Origin: Myxococcota bacterium
Lineage (GTDB): Bacteria > Myxococcota_A > Polyangia > Nannocystales > Nannocystaceae
Direction: 5' to 3'
Length of the DNA stretch: 64,000 bases
Assembly (NCBI GenBank): GCA_039028615.1
Contig: JBCCHT010000003.1
Span: 192,001-256,000, forward strand
The notes beneath the pieces were generated by a model. That model saw only the letters and a program-made list of their open reading frames with translations. It ran no database searches and had not been told where the DNA came from. This document shows, piece by piece, positions 58,185 through 64,000 of this stretch (positions within the stretch are counted from its first letter, which is position 1; the number at the start of each line of letters is the position of its first letter). A program made the position numbers and the translations under genes.

Positions 58185-59945
58185 CTAGTAGTAGAGGACC
58201 GCCGGGTCCTGGAGGAGCGCGGCGAGGGTGATCTCCCAGGCGCGACGGCCATCACCGCTGGCCTCCCAGGCGGCGAGGTACAGCGCCTCGCTGTCGTCGA
58301 GCGCGGGGTCGCCCCCTTGCACGCGCTCGCCTAACAAGCGCAGGTGCAGGGCGATGAGCTGCTCGCGGACGGCATCCGGGTCGCCGTCGATGGCATTGGG
58401 CACGGAGATCAAGGCCCCGTCGCCGCCCGCCCCTTCGACCGCGGTGCGGGCCGAGCGTTCGGCCAGGGCCCGCAGCACCAACAGCGAGCCGGGGTCGGCC
58501 GTGCGCAGGTGGGTGGTGGTGTCGAAGTTGTTGGGCCCGCCCGCGAGGGTGCGATAGCCCCACAGGTAGTCGCGCATCAGCGGGACCTCGCCCACCGTGC
58601 CCACGCCCAGGTCGAAGTCGACCTGCGCCATCCAGCGGAAGCCGGTCAGGTCGAGCATGAGCGTGTCGAGCTGCTGCGGTGTGGCGCGGCGCACCACGAC
58701 CGGGGCCGCGTCGGCCTCCATGCCCGGCTCGGCCCGAACCGCGCCGTACTCCTCCGAGCGCACGATGGCCCGCACCAGCGAGCGCACGTTCATGTCGGTT
58801 CCGGTGAAGACCGGCAGGTAGCGAGCGATGGCCTCCTGCGGCACCTCCTCGACGGGCACGTGCATCAGCTCCGAGTAGAAGCGCCGCACCGCGCAGATCG
58901 AAAAGCGCGGGTCCTCGGCGATGAGCTGGCCCAGGTGGCGAAGGTCGGTGACGGGCACGCCGTACCAGGCGGGCGGCTCGTAGTCCTGGGCGACCTCGGG
59001 CGTGTACTGGACCAGCGGGTAGCTCGTCTCGTAGCCGGGCAGGCGCAGGCCGTAGTGCACCGAGAAGGCCGAGGCCAGCGGGTCGAGGGTCTGGTGGCAC
59101 CCCACGCAGACGTCGTTGTCTTCGATGGCGTTGGCGATGGCCGCCTCGTCGGTGAGGTCGATGTCGGGCGGGATGACGACGGGGCGCCCCGGGTAGTCGT
59201 GGCAGACGAGCGAGTTCGCGACGAGGGCCGCACGCTCGCGGTTGCGGTTGTTCTCGGTGCTCGGCATGCGGGTGAAGACCCAGCCGTCCGAGAGCACCCC
59301 CGCCAGCGGACGGCCGTCTTCGTAGGTCGTCACCTGCCAGCCGCTGCTGTTCCAGTCGTAGGAGAGGCCCCACACGGTGGCCACGATCTCGTCGGCCAGC
59401 GTGTAGTCGGCCGTCACCACCTCGGACCAGGGGCGATCGTTGTCCACGATGTACTCGGCGAGCCGACCCGGGGCCTCGATGACCGAGGTGTTGAGCATGT
59501 GCGTGGGCACCCCCGCCAGGTCGTCCACCGCGGGGAAGCCCGCGGGATAGACGTCGGGCGCCTGATCGAGCTCCATCCACTCGGTGAAGTGCTGGCGCAC
59601 CATGGCCGTGAACGCGGGCTGCTGGAGGTACTCGTCGACGATCGAGTCGTACGCGGCCGGGTCTTGCGCGACCGCGTCGTACTCGGCCACCGAGGGCCTC
59701 GTGCCTCGCAGCGACATGCTGGCGCGGAGCAGGCGTCGCTCGGGGGTCAGGGGCTCGTACTCGACCTCGGGCACCCCGCTGACGGTGGGCGGCGGAGGAT
59801 CGGTGGTCGCCCCGTCGTCTTCGGCGGAGGGGTTGTTCGAGCTGCCGCCGCTCTGGTTGCACGCGGCCATGCCGAGCGCGAGCCCGAGGGCGAGCGAGCG
59901 CATGATGGGACGCCGACGACGCCCCATGGGGAAGATTGAGTTCAT
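58185..59945 (-). CDS. DUF1585/1588/1592-like lipoprotein with CxxCH
   Basis: Lipobox GMAAC, RLLRASMSLRGTRP, NRERA, CVGCHQTLDPLAS, DPRFSICAVRR; start may be 59903. Confidence 0.7.
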   Translation of the reverse strand: MNSIFPMGRRRRPIMRSLALGLALGMAACNQSGGSSNNPSAEDDGATTDPPPPTVSGVPEVEYEPLTPERRLLRASMSLRGTRPSVAEYDAVAQDPAAYDSIVDEYLQQPAFTAMVRQHFTEWMELDQAPDVYPAGFPAVDDLAGVPTHMLNTSVIEAPGRLAEYIVDNDRPWSEVVTADYTLADEIVATVWGLSYDWNSSGWQVTTYEDGRPLAGVLSDGWVFTRMPSTENNRNRERAALVANSLVCHDYPGRPVVIPPDIDLTDEAAIANAIEDNDVCVGCHQTLDPLASAFSVHYGLRLPGYETSYPLVQYTPEVAQDYEPPAWYGVPVTDLRHLGQLIAEDPRFSICAVRRFYSELMHVPVEEVPQEAIARYLPVFTGTDMNVRSLVRAIVRSEEYGAVRAEPGMEADAAPVVVRRATPQQLDTLMLDLTGFRWMAQVDFDLGVGTVGEVPLMRDYLWGYRTLAGGPNNFDTTTHLRTADPGSLLVLRALAERSARTAVEGAGGDGALISVPNAIDGDPDAVREQLIALHLRLLGERVQGGDPALDDSEALYLAAWEASGDGRRAWEITLAALLQDPAVLYY

Positions 59946-59993
59946 TGGGTTGCTCCGCTCGTTCGGATCGCAGTCAGGGCATCGAGGGCGGCA

Positions 59994-60551
59994 TCATCCA
60001 GCCGCGAGACCTCGGGTCAGAGTCCTCATGATCAAGTCGGTGACATCGTTGGGGGCGACGCTTCCGTCGCTCACCGTGTTCCAGGCGGCGTAGATCAGCG
60101 CATCGATGGTGGCGACGATCCACGCGACGGAGACCTCGGGGGCGAACATGCCTTCATCGCGAGCGGCCACGACCAGCTCGCGGAGTTGTTCGCCCTGGCG
60201 GCGCAGCTGGGCGGCGATGGGTCCGTCGTCGCGCTCGCTGATGTTCTGGTACGACAAGAACGCATAGCGAGAGCCCAGAGGTACGATGGCTTCGAGCGTC
60301 TGCCGCAACGACACGCTCGCCGCTTGGTTGTAGTAGTCGATGTGCGAGCACGCCTCGTCGGTCTGATCGAGGGCATGCTTGGCGAGCGTCTGGACGAGGT
60401 CGTCGCGGGACTTGAAGTGCCGATGCAACGTGGCTCGACCCACCCCGGCCGCGGTCGCGATGTCGGCCAAGGTTGCGCGGGGCTTGCGGGACAACACCTC
60501 GGCCGCTGCATCGAGCAGTGCCGTTCGGGTCCGGTCGGAGCGCGCCGCCAT
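59994..60551 (-). CDS. TetR/AcrR family regulator
   Basis: TLADIATAAGVGRATLHRHFKSRDDL. Confidence 0.92.
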   Translation of the reverse strand: MAARSDRTRTALLDAAAEVLSRKPRATLADIATAAGVGRATLHRHFKSRDDLVQTLAKHALDQTDEACSHIDYYNQAASVSLRQTLEAIVPLGSRYAFLSYQNISERDDGPIAAQLRRQGEQLRELVVAARDEGMFAPEVSVAWIVATIDALIYAAWNTVSDGSVAPNDVTDLIMRTLTRGLAAG

Positions 60552-60588
60552 TGAGACAAGAAAGTATCATTTGAGACTTCGGTGTCAA
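60552..60588 (-). promoter_or_regulatory. sigma70 promoter of tetR overlapped by two imperfect palindromes (putative operators)
   Basis: TTGACA (60588-60583)-N16-TACTTT (60566-60561) with TG extension; TGAGAC-N6-GTATCA and TGAGAC-N4-GTGTCA. Confidence 0.55.
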
Positions 60589-60746
60589 TCAAGTTAGATA
60601 GTGCAAAACGATCGAGACAAAATTCGAATATGGCATGCTATCTGCCTACAGAAGGCCGATAGTGGCAATTTGCAACGCTCGATCACACGAGCGTTACGAG
60701 CGCTATTCCGCCTCGACGAGGGTCGACAGCCGCGGCGGGCTCCGGT

Positions 60747-61379
60747 TCAGGCGGAGGCGCTGGGTCGAGCCGACACGGCGTCGTACCAGCGCTGCACGTG
60801 GGCCGGCAGCTCGGGCTTCATGCGCTTGGCGAAGTCGATGGCGACCAGCAAACAGATGTCGACATAACCGAACTGCTCGCCGAGCAAGAACGGCCGCGAC
60901 TCGAGCTGGCCATCGACGCGCTGGAGCAGCCGGGCGAGCAAGCGCTGCGCGTGGTCTCCCAGCGCGGGCACCTGCGGGAAGCCCTCGCGCACGCCCGGAA
61001 TGGCTCGGTCGACGAACCCGGGATGGGTATTGCGCAGGAACATCGCGGCGGCTTGGTAGCCCTCGAGATCGATCCGACGACTCCACTCCACGACCAGCGC
61101 TCGCTCGTAGGCATCGCGACCCATCAGCGGCGGCTCGGGATGGGTGCCTTCGAAGTAGTGGCAGATCGCATGCGAGTCGGCGATCGTCCGTCCGTCCTCG
61201 AGCACCAAGGTCGGCACCGTGCTCTCGGGATTGACCGCCCGGTACTCCGCGGAGAAGTGCTCGCCCGTGGACAGGTCGACGGTGACGCGCGGGACTTCGA
61301 TGCCTTTTTCGGCGAGGAAGATCCGAACGCGGCGAGGGCTGGGAGGACGGGGGGCGTCGTAGAGGCGGAGCTCGGCCAC
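60747..61379 (-). CDS. Glutathione S-transferase family protein
   Basis: PSPRRVRIFLAEKG, NPESTVPTL, DSHAICHY, FGYVDI. Confidence 0.9.
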   Translation of the reverse strand: MAELRLYDAPRPPSPRRVRIFLAEKGIEVPRVTVDLSTGEHFSAEYRAVNPESTVPTLVLEDGRTIADSHAICHYFEGTHPEPPLMGRDAYERALVVEWSRRIDLEGYQAAAMFLRNTHPGFVDRAIPGVREGFPQVPALGDHAQRLLARLLQRVDGQLESRPFLLGEQFGYVDICLLVAIDFAKRMKPELPAHVQRWYDAVSARPSASA

Positions 61380-61441
61380 GGGGTCGAGACAGTAGCAGGC
61401 GTGGCGGCGCCAGGGGTCGGCGTCGCCGCCGGCTCGGCTGC

Positions 61442-61876
61442 ATGGGCTCTGGTACGGTGAGCGCCGTGTCGCCCGCCGTCGAACCCCGCGTGGTCAAGCC
61501 CGGCTTTCATGCGCGGGTCTATGCCGTGGTCCGCCAGGTGCCGCCCGGCTACGTGACGACCTACGGGCAAGTGGCTGCGCTGCTCGGCTCGCCACGCGTC
61601 GCTCGGCACGTCGGTTTTGCCATGGCCGCATGCGCACAGACCGATGAGCCCGTGCCCTGGCATCGGGTGATCAACTCGCGGGGGGAAATCTCGGACCGGG
61701 GTGATCCGGGGCGCTTCAACGAGCAACGCGAGCTGCTCGAAGACGAGGGCGTCGAGTTCAACGCGCGCGGCCGCGTGGACCTGAAGCGGTTTCGCTACGA
61801 GTTCCCCAACTTCAAGCGGCCCCCCGATCCGGCGGCACCCGAGAAGAAGCGGCGCGCTCGCAAGACGAGCCGCTAG
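61442..61876 (+). CDS. Alkyltransferase-like (ATL/MGMT family) protein
   Basis: VPPGYVTTYGQVA, ARHVG, PWHRV (Trp replaces the catalytic Cys). Confidence 0.88.
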   Translation: MGSGTVSAVSPAVEPRVVKPGFHARVYAVVRQVPPGYVTTYGQVAALLGSPRVARHVGFAMAACAQTDEPVPWHRVINSRGEISDRGDPGRFNEQRELLEDEGVEFNARGRVDLKRFRYEFPNFKRPPDPAAPEKKRRARKTSR

Positions 61877-61941
61877 TCGTCGTCGAAAAGCGGGCCGCGA
61901 CCCCCGAAGGGATCGCGGCCCGGAGGGATTGCCACGGGGGA

Positions 61942-62748
61942 TCAGGCCGGGGCGCAGCCGTCGAGGATCTCGTCGCACACTTCGATGGGCTCCCCCGCAT
62001 CGACACACGCGATGAACTCCTCCTCGCAGCCGCCCTCGGGCGGAGGCTCTCCCGGGCCTCCGGGTCCCTCGGGCTCGCCCGGATCTTCGCAGTACATCAG
62101 GATCTCGTCGCACAGCTCGATGGGCTCACCCGCGTCGAGGCACGCCACGAACTCGTCCTCGCACTCCTTGGTGGGCGGCGGCGGCTCGTCGGGACCACCG
62201 CCGGGCTCGCCCGGGTGACACGCCTCGAGGATCTCCTCGCAGACCTCGGGCGGGTTGCCCTCGTCGAGGCAGGTGAAGAACTCGTCGTGGCAGGCGTCGT
62301 CGACGGGCGGGTCTTCGCAGCCGTCGTCGCCCCAACCATCGTCCTCGCCGCCGCCCCAGCACTCGTCGAACGCGGCGAAGCACTCGTCTTCGGAGGCCGC
62401 GGGATCGGCCAGGCACTCGTCGAGCACCAGCTCGCACTCGTCGGGCTCGCCGGGACCGTCGTCGGCTCCCGCGTCGCCACCTTCGTCGCCCCAGCCGTCG
62501 TCGTCGCCCCAGCAGGCATCGAACGCATCGGCACAGTCGTCGGGGTCGTTGCCTTCGCCCTCCAGGCAAGCCTCGAACTCGGCCTCGCACTCGTCGGGTT
62601 CACCGGGCTCGCCGGGTTCCTCACCGCCGTCGTCGCCCGCATCACCGCCGGGCAGGTCGGGCTCGGGAAACTCGAAATCACAGCCGCTCGCCAGCGTCAG
62701 CGGCAAAACAAAGGTCATCAGGCTCGAAACGGAAAAGAGTCTCTTCAT
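61942..62748 (-). CDS. Acidic lipoprotein with five twin-CX6C repeats
   Basis: Lipobox LASGC; e.g. CEDEFVACLDAGEPIELCDEILMYC and CEEEFIACVDAGEPIEVCDEILDGC. Confidence 0.7.
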   Translation of the reverse strand: MKRLFSVSSLMTFVLPLTLASGCDFEFPEPDLPGGDAGDDGGEEPGEPGEPDECEAEFEACLEGEGNDPDDCADAFDACWGDDDGWGDEGGDAGADDGPGEPDECELVLDECLADPAASEDECFAAFDECWGGGEDDGWGDDGCEDPPVDDACHDEFFTCLDEGNPPEVCEEILEACHPGEPGGGPDEPPPPTKECEDEFVACLDAGEPIELCDEILMYCEDPGEPEGPGGPGEPPPEGGCEEEFIACVDAGEPIEVCDEILDGCAPA

Positions 62749-63078
62749 GGCTCGTCGTTCTTCCTTGGCGCGACACCACCCGTCGCTCCAGCGTCGCAGC
62801 GCACCTCGGGGGGGGGTCGTCCGCGGATCTCGACGTCGGTGGGGTGACTCGAGGTCCGCGGCCGACTCGAGGTCCCGTTTCCCGTGGGGTGGGTCGGGGC
62901 TCGGCGTCTGCGGCTGGCGGGCAGCGTCGTTACGCCAGGTCCTTTCCGCGACTGACCTCGGCATTACATCGGCGCGTGACTTTTTATCGACGTTTTGTCG
63001 CGGTTATGGCTGTGCCTAGAACACTTCGCGGTGCACACGAAGGTGCAGGTGCGACAGGGGATCGGGCGCGATGGCATC

Positions 63079-64000
63079 ATGCGTTCGATGTTCCGCCCCC
63101 TGACTCTCGCCTTGTTCTCGATGCTGTCGTTGGCGTGCAACCGTGGCTCGGATGCTGCGTCCGACGGCGGCAAGCCGACGGCCGAGGTCACCCCCGCGTC
63201 CGCGGCCAAGCTCGTCGGTGCTCCGGCGCCGGCCGTGCCCGAGCCGACGGCCAAGCTACTCGCGGCGGTGGGGGAGGGGGCGCCCGCCGTCGTGGTGCTG
63301 CGCGACGAGGCGATCGCGACGCTCAACGAACGCTTGCCGAAGTTGCTGCCCGCGCCTGCGCTGGCCGAGATGGCGGAGCTGACCGGAGCGGTGAACGGGG
63401 TCGACGTACTCGCGAAGCTGGCCGAGACCCTCGACCTGCCCGTACGCAAGGCGGAGCTGAAGGGCCGCGACCCGGCGCGCCCGATCGTGGTGTCGGCGTT
63501 CGAGTCTCCGGTCTCGGGGCCTCCGGGCATGGCGGTGGCGCTCATGCCCGTGGTCGATGGGCACCAGCTGCCGTTGCGTCATCAGGTGGTGCTGCCCGCC
63601 AAGGACGTGACCGCGCTGCTCGGGAGCATGCGGGCGTGGCTGCCCGCCGAGGACACGATCGAGCGCCCCGAGCTGGTCAAAGGCCTCGAAGGCGCGGTCG
63701 GGCTCGAGCTGAAGCGACGCTGGCCGCTGCAGACCTTCATCGCGCTGGTGCCAGAAGACGGACACCTGCGGGTGGTGCTGCTGCACGAGGGCCGGGGAAT
63801 CGACAGCGCATCGGAGCTTCGGTCCCTGGTCGATGTGAAGGTCGGTGACCTTAGCGACACCCCGGCCCTGCGCCATGCGGGACGCGACGAGCATGCGCTC
63901 GCGGTGCTGGTGCGGCCGTGGCATCTGCGGTCGCTCGGGGTCTGGACGGGGCTCAACCAGACGATGCTGGCGGTGGACACCGTCGGCCCCGATCAGCGCT
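63079..64000 (+). CDS. Putative lipoprotein, truncated by window end
   Basis: MRSMFRPLTLALFSMLSLAC signal/lipobox; frame appears open to the end of the window. Confidence 0.6.
   Translation, partial: MRSMFRPLTLALFSMLSLACNRGSDAASDGGKPTAEVTPASAAKLVGAPAPAVPEPTAKLLAAVGEGAPAVVVLRDEAIATLNERLPKLLPAPALAEMAELTGAVNGVDVLAKLAETLDLPVRKAELKGRDPARPIVVSAFESPVSGPPGMAVALMPVVDGHQLPLRHQVVLPAKDVTALLGSMRAWLPAEDTIERPELVKGLEGAVGLELKRRWPLQTFIALVPEDGHLRVVLLHEGRGIDSASELRSLVDVKVGDLSDTPALRHAGRDEHALAVLVRPWHLRSLGVWTGLNQTMLAVDTVGPDQR

Noticed and set aside
62846..62876. Direct repeat GACTCGAGGTCC twice in an intergenic region
   Set aside because: Only two copies with a short spacer; not CRISPR-like and function unsupported.

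Overview
High-GC window whose gene content points to a myxobacterium, probably Nannocystaceae-like (inference). It carries many Cys/acidic lipoproteins, four Hanks-type Ser/Thr kinases, an FHA-sigma54 activator, a PEGA/TPR protein, a MYXO-CTERM-type DUF2330 protein and a DUF1501 module. About 49 CDS are supported, including pyrB-like, class II DAHP synthase, aspartokinase, Wzc, an O-antigen-ligase-like protein, two GSTs, TetR, ATL and a two-component pair. No rRNA, tRNA, CRISPR array or transposase was recognised. The most notable region is ~29.9-38.6 kb. There a 195-aa protein with seven (P-x-P)-C-L-x-[VI] repeats lies next to a parvulin PPIase, a cobalamin-dependent radical SAM enzyme fused to a protein-L-isoaspartate methyltransferase domain, a radical SAM/SPASM enzyme, a divergently promoted metallo-beta-lactamase-fold protein and two HExxH-like proteins. 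This is a candidate undescribed peptide/protein post-translational modification (RiPP-like) system. Other highlights: a likely sigma54-driven ~120-nt sRNA at ~5.9-6.05 kb, a second structured RNA candidate with an orphan terminator at ~38.6-38.75 kb, divergent sigma54 promoters around a perfect 20-bp palindrome, twin kinases ending in the same VDDLEF tail, recurrent leaderless-type -10 elements, and a membrane protein gene broken by one in-frame TGA. All assignments come from motif recognition by eye; no searches were run.
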